A stretch of DNA of 35,500 bases from an uncultured Bacilli bacterium (GCA_947593895.1 CANQDY010000001.1:1-35500); one strand, 5' to 3'. Counted from the first letter of the stretch, positions 1 through 9,421 are shown. A program made the numbers and translations. Notes: generated from the sequence alone by a model not told the origin.

Positions 1-8
1 TTTAATTC

Positions 9-38
9 AAAAAAAAGGAATCCGGTTTCCCAGATTCC
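9..38 (-). terminator. Rho-independent terminator after the S/T-rich lipoprotein gene
   Basis: Stem GGAATC (17-22) / GATTCC (33-38). On the minus strand it is followed by a T8 run (A8 at 9-16 on plus). Confidence 0.6.
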
Positions 39-46
39 TACTAATT

Positions 47-331
47 CTATTTTATATCTTTCATTACGCTAATATCATTTGCAGTCCATGATTTTTGAGA
101 ATTAGAACTTGAAGATGAAGTATTAGAATTACTTGATTCAGCACTACTTGATGTTGTTGTAGTAACAGTTGATGTACTATCATCCGATGTATTGTCTGTC
201 GATGTTGTTTCTACATCTGAAATTGAACTAATGGAATTTAAACTAGAAGATTCATTTGGTTTTGATGCGTTGTTACATGCTACTAAGGCCAATGTTGACA
301 TTAATAGTAAACATAGTTTCTTATTTTTCAT
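47..331 (-). CDS. Small serine/threonine-rich lipoprotein
   Basis: An internal ATG at 331 gives MKNKKLCLLLMSTLALVAC, a signal peptide plus lipobox (LVAC). A GGAGA Shine-Dalgarno lies about 6 nt upstream, and the longer ORF start at 427 has no such signal. The mature part is low-complexity S/T/N-rich. Confidence 0.7.
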   Translation of the reverse strand: MKNKKLCLLLMSTLALVACNNASKPNESSSLNSISSISDVETTSTDNTSDDSTSTVTTTTSSSAESSNSNTSSSSSNSQKSWTANDISVMKDIK

Positions 332-390
332 ATTTTTTCTCCATTTTTTAAAATTGTTTATTGTAAAAATAATTGTATTTTGATTTAATG

Positions 391-411
391 AAAAAAACAA
401 GAAAATTCTTG
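391..411 (-). terminator. Weak AT-rich hairpin plus T-run after the spmB-like gene
   Basis: CAAGA/TCTTG stem at 398-411, followed on the minus strand by T7 (A7 at 391-397 on plus). The stem is short, so this is tentative. Confidence 0.35.
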
Positions 412-465
412 AATTTTTTATTATCATTTATTGTTTATTGAATAAGAAATTTAATAGACAATTAA

Positions 466-984
466 TCACTCAAAAAATATAATTGCCAAAGTAACTCCAG
501 ATACAATTCCAATTATATCCGCTAAAAGACCAACTTTTAAAGCGTGTTTCCATTTAGTTATTCCAACACTGGTAAAATATAAACTTAATACATATATCGT
601 GGTATCAGTACTACCTTGTAAAGTTGAAGCGGTTTTACACGATATCGAATCTCCACCACTTGCACATATTTGATCTAAAATAGCTACTGATGCACTTCCG
701 GATATTGGTCGAAATATCACCATTGGAGCAATATCGGAAAACAAATTACTATATGGTAAATATTTACTTAGTATTATTTTTAGGTCCTCAATTATACCGC
801 AACTTTTTAAAAGTGCTACCGCTAGTAGCATAGCGCATACTGAAGGAAAGACTTCTTTAAATAAACCTAGTCCCTCTTTTGTACCCTTAATAAAGGAAGC
901 ATAAGCATTGTTCTTTTTAACAATTGAATACACTAATACAAAACATACTAACATCGGAATAAAGATTAGGCTAATGTTATTCAT
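466..984 (-). CDS. spmB: Nucleoside-recognition / spore maturation protein B-like membrane protein
   Basis: 172 aa, multi-pass hydrophobic. The N-terminal region (short TM helix, then ..YASFIKGTKEGLGLFKEVFP..) resembles SpmB-family proteins as I recall them. No spmA-like partner lies upstream. Confidence 0.55.
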   Translation of the reverse strand: MNNISLIFIPMLVCFVLVYSIVKKNNAYASFIKGTKEGLGLFKEVFPSVCAMLLAVALLKSCGIIEDLKIILSKYLPYSNLFSDIAPMVIFRPISGSASVAILDQICASGGDSISCKTASTLQGSTDTTIYVLSLYFTSVGITKWKHALKVGLLADIIGIVSGVTLAIIFFE

Positions 985-1035
985 ATTACAATTTATGAAT
1001 TATTCTTCACAATAAGAACATTGTAATAAAAGTTG

Positions 1036-1075
1036 AAAAAAACTTGATTATCGGTCAATGATAATCAAGTTTTTT
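1036..1075 (-). terminator. Strong, potentially bidirectional Rho-independent terminator after the aldo/keto reductase gene
   Basis: 11-bp perfect stem ACTTGATTATC (1042-1052) / GATAATCAAGT (1060-1070), with an A-run on one side and a T-run on the other. Confidence 0.75.
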
Positions 1076-1088
1076 ATTTAATATCAAA

Positions 1089-1955
1089 TTACTTATTCTT
1101 TTGCTTTGAAAAACAAGGAAACACTTCATAATTTCCATAACTATGGATTTTATCAATTTGACATAGTTTTAACATATCTTCACTACTAATTTCAAAATCT
1201 AAAGTAATATTTGATTTTAAATGATTATAACTAGAAGCTTTAGGTAAAGAAACTAAGCCAAGTTGTAAAGTATATTGAATACAAAGTTGAGCGATACTTA
1301 CCTGGTACTTATCCGCCAAAATTTTAATTTCTTTATTATCAAGTAGTTCACCATGAGCAATCGGTGAATATGCTTCAATAACAATATCATTATCCTGACA
1401 ATATTTTATTAATTCAAAATCAGTATTAGAAATATGAGTTAAAATTTGATTAACCATTGGTTTAACATCTGAATTATTAATTAAATTTTCAATATCAACG
1501 ATTTCAAAATTAGAAACACCTATTGCTTTAATTTTTCCTTTTTTATAAAATTCAATTAACGCTTTCCACGCTTGGAGATTTCCTTCAAAATGGTGATCAC
1601 CATTTCTAAATGTTGCCCAAGGTTGAGGTGAATGGATAATCATTAAATCAATATAATCAACGCCAAGCTTTTCAAAAGATAATTCAATTTCATTTTTTGC
1701 TTCAGCATAGGTTTTAGCCTCTGCAATAAGTTTGGTTTGTAAGAATATTTCCTCGCGGGAAATACCACATGTTTTAATAGCTCTGCCCACTCCTTTTTCA
1801 TTACCATAGGCTTCTGCTGTATCAATATGTCGATAACCCATTTTAAGTGCCGTTTTAACAATTTCTTCTACTTCATCATCATCAATAAGCCAAGTTCCAA
1901 GTCCTATCTGAGGAATTTCTACTCCGTTATATAATTTTAATTTTTTATCAAACAT
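1089..1955 (-). CDS. Aldo/keto reductase (2,5-diketo-D-gluconate reductase-like)
   Basis: Contains the IPQIGLGTW, HIDTAEAYGNE and IGVSNF motifs. The ATG at 1955 (MFDKKLKLYNG..) is preceded by AGGGAGA, whereas the track start at 1973 is a TTG. Confidence 0.85.
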   Translation of the reverse strand: MFDKKLKLYNGVEIPQIGLGTWLIDDDEVEEIVKTALKMGYRHIDTAEAYGNEKGVGRAIKTCGISREEIFLQTKLIAEAKTYAEAKNEIELSFEKLGVDYIDLMIIHSPQPWATFRNGDHHFEGNLQAWKALIEFYKKGKIKAIGVSNFEIVDIENLINNSDVKPMVNQILTHISNTDFELIKYCQDNDIVIEAYSPIAHGELLDNKEIKILADKYQVSIAQLCIQYTLQLGLVSLPKASSYNHLKSNITLDFEISSEDMLKLCQIDKIHSYGNYEVFPCFSKQKNK

Positions 1956-2015
1956 CTTCTTTTCTCCCTTCAATTAATAAAAAATGTTTCTAAACTAATC
2001 TATACTTACAACTTA

Positions 2016-2393
2016 TTATTTGTCTTTAAATTCATTTAAATGTTTTTTCATTGCCTGAAATACATCATCAGATATCACATGTTCAATTCGACAAGCATTG
2101 TTTTCTGCAGATTTGGAATCAACTCCAAGCATTTCAAGCATTTTAGTAAGAGTACAATGCTTTTCATAGATATTTTCAGCTTTTTCTTTTCCAAGTTCTG
2201 TTAATTCTATTCCACCTTTATCATCAATAATAATCAGTCCGGAAGAAACCATCTTTTTAACTGCAACTGAAACACTTGATTTTGCAAATTCCATTCTTTC
2301 TACAACATCAATAGAACGGACAAAACTTTTTTCTTTTTTAAGAATAAGAATAGTTTCCAAATACATTTCTACAGATTCATTGTCTTTCATCAT
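2016..2393 (-). CDS. DtxR/MntR-family metal-dependent transcriptional regulator
   Basis: 125 aa. The N-terminal winged HTH (ESVEMYLETILIL..RSIDVVERMEFAKSSVSVAVKKM) and the dimerisation helix pattern are typical of the DtxR family. Confidence 0.75.
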   Translation of the reverse strand: MMKDNESVEMYLETILILKKEKSFVRSIDVVERMEFAKSSVSVAVKKMVSSGLIIIDDKGGIELTELGKEKAENIYEKHCTLTKMLEMLGVDSKSAENNACRIEHVISDDVFQAMKKHLNEFKDK

Positions 2394-2598
2394 AATTTAT
2401 CACCTAATATGCTTTGATTTTACCATTAATATGCATAAATGTTAAGTAATCAATTTATATTTTAGTTAATATGAATTTAATATAAGATTAAAATTAAATA
2501 CAAATTCCTATAGATAATAATCGGCGTTTTAACCTATTGATATGACCGCTAAAATTTAATTTAAAATCAAATATAATATTAACAAATAATTTTATTTA

Positions 2599-3600
2599 TT
2601 ACATTGTTATAAATGGATAACTAATAGTATAATAAGCGTTAAATAATTTTCCAAAGATATATTTATTACCCGCCGATTCAAAATAAATAAATACGCGATT
2701 ATCCTTGATAAAAACTCCTTCGCTCATTGAAGGTAATTTAACATTTTCAATTAATGTAGAGGCATCAGCATAATATAAAGGAACCTCTTTTCCAGAACTG
2801 GAAGAAACCATATCACTTGATTTTATTTCATAAAAACCTAATTGAGAAAGCGCTGGTCCCCAAGATCTGGAAATTACACAAACACCATCTTGAACTGCAA
2901 ATCCTTGAGCAATATCTGGAATTGAAATCTGATAAGCAAGTTCTCCAAGAAAATTCTCCTTACTCTCATCAATTTCATACGCACAGACAAAAGCTTTTTG
3001 TTCAAAGTTATTTGGCGTAGTAATATGATGATTTTTTTCCGTTTCAAATGATTTTGGATAATAGTATTCTCCTACATAAATATATTTCCCATCATTACTG
3101 ACAAATGCTCCTTCTGCATCAACATTAACATAGTTTTTATTTACAATATTACCTCTATCTTCTTTTTCTAATAATTCTTTTAAAGAGAAGATATAAAGTC
3201 GATTACTGACATCATAATCTCCATCTATGAAATCTTCACTTACATATACAAAATCTTTATATATGCTAATTCCACCGCAATGACCAACATATGGACTACC
3301 ATCTTCATTGACAATATTAATTCTTTTATATTTACCCTCATTATCAATCAAATAAATGACACAATGATTTGATCCAACAAGATAACCAGATTGAAGAGTT
3401 AAATATTTTTCTTCACTATAACCTAATCCTTGAGGAATAAAACCATCATTTAATCCAACAATTTTTCCTTCAACATGATATTTATTATAATAATCAAATA
3501 AAATAAATCGCTTACTGACATTTAATCCAGTAATTAATATAAATAAAAACAGGAATAACCCAGTAAACAATCGCTTGATTATTTTTAAAAAGATTTTCAT
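2599..3600 (-). CDS. Hypothetical membrane-anchored extracytoplasmic protein
   Basis: One N-terminal TM helix (LFTGLFLFLFILITGL), then about 300 aa rich in beta-strand-like repeats. I recognise no family. Confidence 0.6.
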   Translation of the reverse strand: MKIFLKIIKRLFTGLFLFLFILITGLNVSKRFILFDYYNKYHVEGKIVGLNDGFIPQGLGYSEEKYLTLQSGYLVGSNHCVIYLIDNEGKYKRINIVNEDGSPYVGHCGGISIYKDFVYVSEDFIDGDYDVSNRLYIFSLKELLEKEDRGNIVNKNYVNVDAEGAFVSNDGKYIYVGEYYYPKSFETEKNHHITTPNNFEQKAFVCAYEIDESKENFLGELAYQISIPDIAQGFAVQDGVCVISRSWGPALSQLGFYEIKSSDMVSSSSGKEVPLYYADASTLIENVKLPSMSEGVFIKDNRVFIYFESAGNKYIFGKLFNAYYTISYPFITM

Positions 3601-3652
3601 ATACTTTACCTCTTTTTTACATCGTTATTATCGCATAAATCAACATGTTACT

Positions 3653-4303
3653 TCAAAATAAAATCGATTTTAAAAAATATTTCATCACCTGATCAGTATT
3701 ATTATCGTCAATCTTTTCTAAATGATACTGACATGCAATAATTGGTAAACTTCGGTGAGTAATTAATTCTATTGCCATTTTACAAGTTCCTTCAACAATA
3801 AGATTATTTCCTAATTTGTCAATTTTTTGATGATGAAATGAATTGATTATATATGGTTTAGAGAAAAGATTTTTAAAATAAGAACTATCATTAATTTTTA
3901 AATGATGATTTAATGCATTTTCATGTATTTTTGATTTAATATGTTGAACTAAACTTCCACCAAAATATACATTTATTACCTGAAGACCGCGACATATTCC
4001 TAAAACTGGCCTTTTATTTTTTACTGCATAATCTAAAATTTTAAAATCAAGTTGATCGACTAATGGATCAACTAAAATTGAATCAGGATGATTTTTACGA
4101 TGATAATATTTTGCATCAATATCATTTCCTCCCGGGATCAAGAAGCAATCACATAAGGAAAGAATCTTTTCATCAATATCATTAAAAGGAATTATCAATG
4201 GAATCAAGTTATATCTTTTAACAAATTTTATATAATCTTCATTAACAAAAATCTTCTTAGTTTGATTTTCTATTAAACAACGAGAAGCTATACCTATAAT
4301 CAT
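3653..4303 (-). CDS. Class I glutamine amidotransferase-like / peptidase C26 (gamma-glutamyl hydrolase family)
   Basis: GICRGLQ nucleophile-elbow motif, HHQ, and a C-terminal QYHLE (equivalent to the HPE motif). Confidence 0.75.
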   Translation of the reverse strand: MIIGIASRCLIENQTKKIFVNEDYIKFVKRYNLIPLIIPFNDIDEKILSLCDCFLIPGGNDIDAKYYHRKNHPDSILVDPLVDQLDFKILDYAVKNKRPVLGICRGLQVINVYFGGSLVQHIKSKIHENALNHHLKINDSSYFKNLFSKPYIINSFHHQKIDKLGNNLIVEGTCKMAIELITHRSLPIIACQYHLEKIDDNNTDQVMKYFLKSILF

Positions 4304-4942
4304 AATCTATATTATTTGAAATCCAATTACATGATTAGGCTAATATCACGCTTTTATAGTTAAAAAAGCAAAATTTCTTATTTCTACTAGTTAACAAAAT
4401 TTAATCATTTTTTCCATTATCTTCTTTTAAACAAAGAGATATTCATCACTTAAACTAAAAAGCTTTATAAAAGCCATTGCAATAATTATAAAATTACTTT
4501 TAACATTTTAAATAATAAATTTCTCTATTATTATATTTATTCTTTATTGATTGACATATTTATGTCAGCATTTACTTATTTATTATTTTTGATGATGTAA
4601 CCCACGTTTGATTTTTTATATCTTCTTTATCATAAGATTAAAATAGATAAATATCAGTTATTGATAATTAATAAATTTATATTTTTTTTAAATGTATAAA
4701 CAGACTTATTAATATTAATGAAAAAATATATCCGTTTTTATTTTAAATATTGTTTAAATGCTAAATAATTCTCATATTTGATTTCTTAACACCAAATTGA
4801 TACATCTTATAATTATTTTTATTAAAATTAAAAATATATTCTGTTTGATTAATGTCTTATAAAAACACCATATACAAATAATATCATATTGATTTGGTAC
4901 ATTTAGTTTCAACATTTTAAAATTCTATTATCCTGTATAACA

Positions 4943-5707
4943 TTAAAAATTGCGATTGTTTTGTAATTTAATATTTGCCTTATCAACAAAATAAAGACAA
5001 GTTATTTTAATCTGCTCTTCTCTAGAAATAGTCGCATCACCATCGCCTCTTTGATGACCATAATCAGCAAAATAAGAATGACATCCACCGATAATAATTA
5101 ATTCATTAAAACTCGATGGATAATTCTTTTTACTACTTTGATATTTATCTAAATTTAAAACCCGATCATTACTACCATAAATTGAAATAACATTAAGATT
5201 TGTTTTACTTAAATCCGAACTTGAATAGGATCCTAATAATAGTAAGCCACTATAATCATCTATGTTTGATGCAATGTATGATGATGCCATCGCTCCGCCT
5301 AAGGAATGTCCACCAAGATACCAAATATCAATACCATCATATTTATCTTTAATCTTCTTCGCAGCATCAATATCAAAAAATGCAAAATTTAATGGCATAT
5401 GCACTAAGGCACAAAATATTCCATTTTTTGCTAGTTCCCTCATTAATGGAGCGTAAGAAGTATATTCAACTTTTGCACCCGGATAAAAGATTAATCCAAT
5501 ACTGGCTTTATCATTTCCAAAAACATAATAGTTTTTATTTTTAGTAACGGTAACATAGTCATCACTAACTAACGCTTGTTTTGCAGTCACTTTGGCATGA
5601 TAATAAATACTAACATAAATTCCAAATGCGCCAAAAATAAATACAAATGTAGAAAATATAGTAACTAAAGTAATTAATAATTTTTTGTGTTTAAGTATCT
5701 TTTTCAT
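4943..5707 (-). CDS. Membrane-anchored alpha/beta hydrolase
   Basis: N-terminal TM helix, GGHSLGG nucleophile elbow, and a late GGCHSYF histidine motif. Confidence 0.65.
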   Translation of the reverse strand: MKKILKHKKLLITLVTIFSTFVFIFGAFGIYVSIYYHAKVTAKQALVSDDYVTVTKNKNYYVFGNDKASIGLIFYPGAKVEYTSYAPLMRELAKNGIFCALVHMPLNFAFFDIDAAKKIKDKYDGIDIWYLGGHSLGGAMASSYIASNIDDYSGLLLLGSYSSSDLSKTNLNVISIYGSNDRVLNLDKYQSSKKNYPSSFNELIIIGGCHSYFADYGHQRGDGDATISREEQIKITCLYFVDKANIKLQNNRNF

Positions 5708-5781
5708 ATCATTCCTGAGGTATTAAATACCATACTTAGTATATCACCTAAACATTACTTTTAAAATAAGGACATAATATA

Positions 5782-6822
5782 TCAAAAAACAATTTGAGAT
5801 AATTCTAAACTAATTTTTTCAAGTTCTATATAATAATGACTAAAATCTAAATCTGCGATTGTAGTTTTTATTAATAAATCTTCACAGCGAACAGTTGTCC
5901 CATCACTAACATTAGCATTTATATTTTTCACTTTAAATTGTAAATAATTATATTCTAAACTATCTTCAATATCTGGAATCTCATCACCATTATTTTTAGT
6001 GTATAAATAAATTAGAATATCATGAATATCTTTATTTTCTGTTAGTTCATATACAGTTTTACCACTAGGTAATTTACTCTTAATGCTGGTATCAAATATA
6101 GGATTAGCATAATTTAATACTACATCTTTAATCAATGTAGCATATTGATAAAGAAAATTAATTCCTTCCTCACCTAAATTATAAATTTCTGTAATCTTTT
6201 CACCAGTATCAACAATTTCGATATTTCCACCTGTTAATGTATATGTTAAGTCAACATTTTTTGTATAAATAGAGTAAACTGGTATAAATAATGTTTTTGA
6301 ATTAATTTTAAATCCTTTTGAAACAAACACATCAGAGGTCACATTAATTGATTTAATTTTTTTCGTATAATCTATTGTGGCTATAGCGTAAATATTTTTA
6401 TCCATTACGCTTTCAACTTTTAATTGAATAGGTTTATTAAATTCATTTAGATTAGTTAAAATTATTTCCTTCTTACTTTGATCATGATCTACTCTCATAA
6501 CACTGGAACAATCACTTCCATCATGATATTTTATTGTTACTTTTACATCTTCCATTGACGCATTATTTGGACTTATAGAATATGAAATTGTTTGAGTCAT
6601 TTGTCCAATTTCATTATTTCCTTTTGATAAGTTTTTTAAAACAATACCTTTAGAAATTGAATTGATTAATTCGTCATCATTTAAAACTGGTAAATCCTTT
6701 TCATTTTCATCTTTTTTAAAAAAATCCCATTTACTAAATCCTTTAGTTACTACACCAAGTGCTCCTCCAACAATTACTAAACCAATTGATAGAGTAATTA
6801 ATATCTTTTCTTTTGTTTTCAT
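5782..6822 (-). CDS. Hypothetical membrane-anchored surface protein
   Basis: The ATG at 6822 (MKTKEKILITLSIGLVIVGGALGVV) is preceded by an AAAGGAAG Shine-Dalgarno. The ORF-track start at 6861 would lie inside a terminator-like hairpin. No family recognised. Confidence 0.6.
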   Translation of the reverse strand: MKTKEKILITLSIGLVIVGGALGVVTKGFSKWDFFKKDENEKDLPVLNDDELINSISKGIVLKNLSKGNNEIGQMTQTISYSISPNNASMEDVKVTIKYHDGSDCSSVMRVDHDQSKKEIILTNLNEFNKPIQLKVESVMDKNIYAIATIDYTKKIKSINVTSDVFVSKGFKINSKTLFIPVYSIYTKNVDLTYTLTGGNIEIVDTGEKITEIYNLGEEGINFLYQYATLIKDVVLNYANPIFDTSIKSKLPSGKTVYELTENKDIHDILIYLYTKNNGDEIPDIEDSLEYNYLQFKVKNINANVSDGTTVRCEDLLIKTTIADLDFSHYYIELEKISLELSQIVF

Positions 6823-6838
6823 TTTTCTTCCTTTCAAT

Positions 6839-6864
6839 AAAAAAGAAGTGCTTTTAGACACTTC
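6839..6864 (-). terminator. Terminator-like hairpin directly upstream of the 5782-6822 gene
   Basis: Stem GAAGTG (6845-6850) / CACTTC (6859-6864), followed on the minus strand by T6 (A6 at 6839-6844 on plus). Confidence 0.45.
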
Positions 6865-7505
6865 AATATATTTATTGTTAATAAAAACAAATTATAAGAA
6901 TAATTTTAAAAAAAAGAACAAATTAATCTTATTATTCATTTGTTTTAGTAGCTTATCAACTAATTTTATTTTTATCGTACAATCAAGTGAAATTCTTTCA
7001 TGTTAATGCTTAGACATTATCGTTCCACCAACAAATAAATTAATATCTTTTTCATTCTCAAAAAAATCGACTAATCCATGAAATTACAACTTGATTACAA
7101 CACAAGTAAAAATTCATTATTAGTTTTTGATACATTTTTAGCGTAATATAAGACTTTTTAATATTAATTATTTTTTACATAACTAAGTCTACCTCTCTTC
7201 GATTTTTAAAATTTGAGGAAAGTCCTTATCAGTATACTCACCATAAATTAATTCTCAGTGGCTTTGTTATCAAGTACTTATCTTTGAATTTCTTTTATCA
7301 TACTTGCTACAAGAACACCAAATTATCAAGTTATACTAAAAAACATTTAGCAATAATTCAAATTATTGCACACATTTTCAACTAACTTTTCTAAATAAAT
7401 TTCTCTTAATAAGTTGATTTATTAAAATAAAAAGATAAAAATATAATTGATTGTAGTAATCAGAATTAAAAGATATACTTTCTACTTTAATTAAAGGATA
7501 AAAAA

Positions 7506-8417
7506 ATGAAAAAGAAGATTTTTATTTGCTTATTAGCTTTAACTCTATGCTCTTGTAATTATTCAAAGAATTATTCTGATTCTTTATCTGAAGATACTTT
7601 AGATTCTTCTTTTACAAGTCGCGTTTCTATTCAATCAGATACCTCCAATCAAATAGATAATAACAATTTATCAATTATAGAAAAAGATTCAACTAATTCT
7701 ATTTCATCTGGTTCTGATATATCAACAACATCAAATTCATTACCAACAAGTGAAAATGATTTCAGTAGTTCTTTTTCTAGTATCAACGAAAGTAGTGAAC
7801 TATCACTATCATCTGATGTTTCTTCAAACACTTTTTCAGAAGTTGCTTCATCTTTTCAATCATCCACAAGTAATAGTTCAATAGAAGATAACAACTCTAT
7901 TCCTAAAAATAAAAATAACAAAATTGTTTTAGGTCATGATAATAAAACGATGACATCATTTTCATTTATTGATACTTTACCAAATTACTTCCGTTTTATT
8001 TATGGTTATAAATATTTAGATAAAGCTGATCGATACGCGAACGGAGAAGTAAAAATTTCTTCATCAACAAATGCAAAACAAGGTATTCAAACCGCAATGT
8101 TTGAATCTAATTTAAAATTAGAAATTCGTTTAGAAATTGGTCAAATCAATAATTGCTCTGCTGGAAATAAAATTGATAAAGATCTTCCTGTTGTAACTAT
8201 TGATGGATTTGATGAAGATGGCACGCTAATTAGAAGTGTTTATATTAATGAAATCAATAAAAAACACGAAAATACATCATTAAAAACTTATATGGATGGA
8301 ATGGATATAAGCTATTTAGAAATTAAATTTACTCAACTTCCTTATAAAGGAAATCAAGCATATAATATTGGGTTAAGAGGTCTTTCTCTAATTGCTTGGC
8401 CTTATCCATTAGATTAA
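7506..8417 (+). CDS. Lipoprotein with a long Ser-rich low-complexity linker and a C-terminal globular domain
   Basis: MKKKIFICLLALTLCSC signal peptide and lipobox, with AAAGGA upstream. Residues about 25-125 are S/T/N/D low complexity. The roughly 170-aa C-terminal domain is unassigned. Confidence 0.75.
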   Translation: MKKKIFICLLALTLCSCNYSKNYSDSLSEDTLDSSFTSRVSIQSDTSNQIDNNNLSIIEKDSTNSISSGSDISTTSNSLPTSENDFSSSFSSINESSELSLSSDVSSNTFSEVASSFQSSTSNSSIEDNNSIPKNKNNKIVLGHDNKTMTSFSFIDTLPNYFRFIYGYKYLDKADRYANGEVKISSSTNAKQGIQTAMFESNLKLEIRLEIGQINNCSAGNKIDKDLPVVTIDGFDEDGTLIRSVYINEINKKHENTSLKTYMDGMDISYLEIKFTQLPYKGNQAYNIGLRGLSLIAWPYPLD

Positions 8418-9421
8418 GAAGAGAATTGAACATTATCATATATTCCTCCATCAATAATTTTTCCATCATCAAAAATGAAAGTGATTTTTAATTGACTTGT
8501 TAAAGGATTTATATAATATTTTTTTATTCCTTTTAGTTCTTTTTTCTTAGAAATTCTAATTCCAATTTGCTTTTTTGAATAAATTACATATTCATCGATA
8601 TAGTTTTTCCCCTGATTCAAAAAGACAATGTAATTATACTCATTAAAATATTTTTCAAATAAGAATTTATGAAAGCTAAAGTCCGCACCGCAATCAAAAG
8701 TTACTACGATAAGACTTTGACTATCTTTCTGTGCACAGTTAATTAATGTTCTTCTGGCTTTTTTAGTATAACCAGTCTTTCCACCTAAACAATATTCATA
8801 TTGTTTCAATAATTTATTTTTATTAATCCATGTCCCCTTTAATGGAGATTTATATGTTTTTGTATTTATAATCTGACAAAATATCTTATTTTCTAAACAA
8901 TACGACATTAATAGAGCCATATCATAACAAGAAGAAATATTTCCTTCATCAAAAATATCTAATCCTGAAGGATTATTAAATATCGTATTTTTCATACCAA
9001 TTTCTTTAGCTTTTTGATTCATTTCCATCACAAAAGAATCAATATTTCCAGAAATATTTTTAGCAATTAAAACAGCCGCATCATTACCGCTTCTAAGAAG
9101 CAAACCATATACTAAATCAATAATAGTAATTTGATCGCCAATTGATAAATATAATGATGAGCCTTCAATTGTTTTAATGATGTCATCAACAACTATCACA
9201 TTAAACAATCTATCACTTTCAAGAGCAATAATTGCCGTCATAATTTTAGAAATTGACGCAACTGAATAACTTCGATTAATATCTTTGCCCTCTAGAACTT
9301 CATTTGTGTACGCATCCATGACAATATAATTACGAGCTTGATATGTCCCATTTACCGGTAAAAAATTACTATTACTAAATAAAAATAACGATAATAAAAA
9401 AGTAATTAAAAGTTTCATCAT
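8414..9421 (-). CDS. D-alanyl-D-alanine carboxypeptidase (peptidase S11, PBP5-like)
   Basis: Signal peptide plus the three penicillin-binding motifs: SISK (SxxK), SGND (SxN) and KTGYT (KTG). Confidence 0.85.
   Translation of the reverse strand: MMKLLITFLLSLFLFSNSNFLPVNGTYQARNYIVMDAYTNEVLEGKDINRSYSVASISKIMTAIIALESDRLFNVIVVDDIIKTIEGSSLYLSIGDQITIIDLVYGLLLRSGNDAAVLIAKNISGNIDSFVMEMNQKAKEIGMKNTIFNNPSGLDIFDEGNISSCYDMALLMSYCLENKIFCQIINTKTYKSPLKGTWINKNKLLKQYEYCLGGKTGYTKKARRTLINCAQKDSQSLIVVTFDCGADFSFHKFLFEKYFNEYNYIVFLNQGKNYIDEYVIYSKKQIGIRISKKKELKGIKKYYINPLTSQLKITFIFDDGKIIDGGIYDNVQFSS

Noticed and set aside
6908-6915. A8/T8 homopolymer inside a tiny minus-strand ORF (MNNKINLFFFLKLFL), as a phase-variation switch for the downstream surface protein
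   Set aside because: Shifting the tract by plus or minus 1 still ends in a nearby stop and never fuses to the 5782-6822 reading frame. Homopolymers of this length are common throughout the window.
7020-7032. GTTCCACCA, resembling a tRNA/tmRNA 3' end
   Set aside because: There is no T-arm (GGTTCGAATCC-like) or acceptor-stem complement upstream, so it is an isolated match.
7150-7330. Possible RNase P RNA gene (rnpB) around the exact GAGGAAAGTCC motif
   Set aside because: The 3' P4 partner (GGCTT) is only about 35 nt away. None of the other conserved regions (specificity-domain motifs, ACAGAA-type J18/2, P1/P2 closing helices) are recognisable. It is far too small for a functional RNase P RNA, so I kept it only as a curiosity in the findings.
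4790-7336. Shared 11-mer AACACCAAATT in both gene-free gaps of about 640 bp (near 4792 and 7314), as possible island-flanking repeats
   Set aside because: The match is short, the surrounding sequence does not align, and such matches are expected in low-complexity AT-rich DNA.
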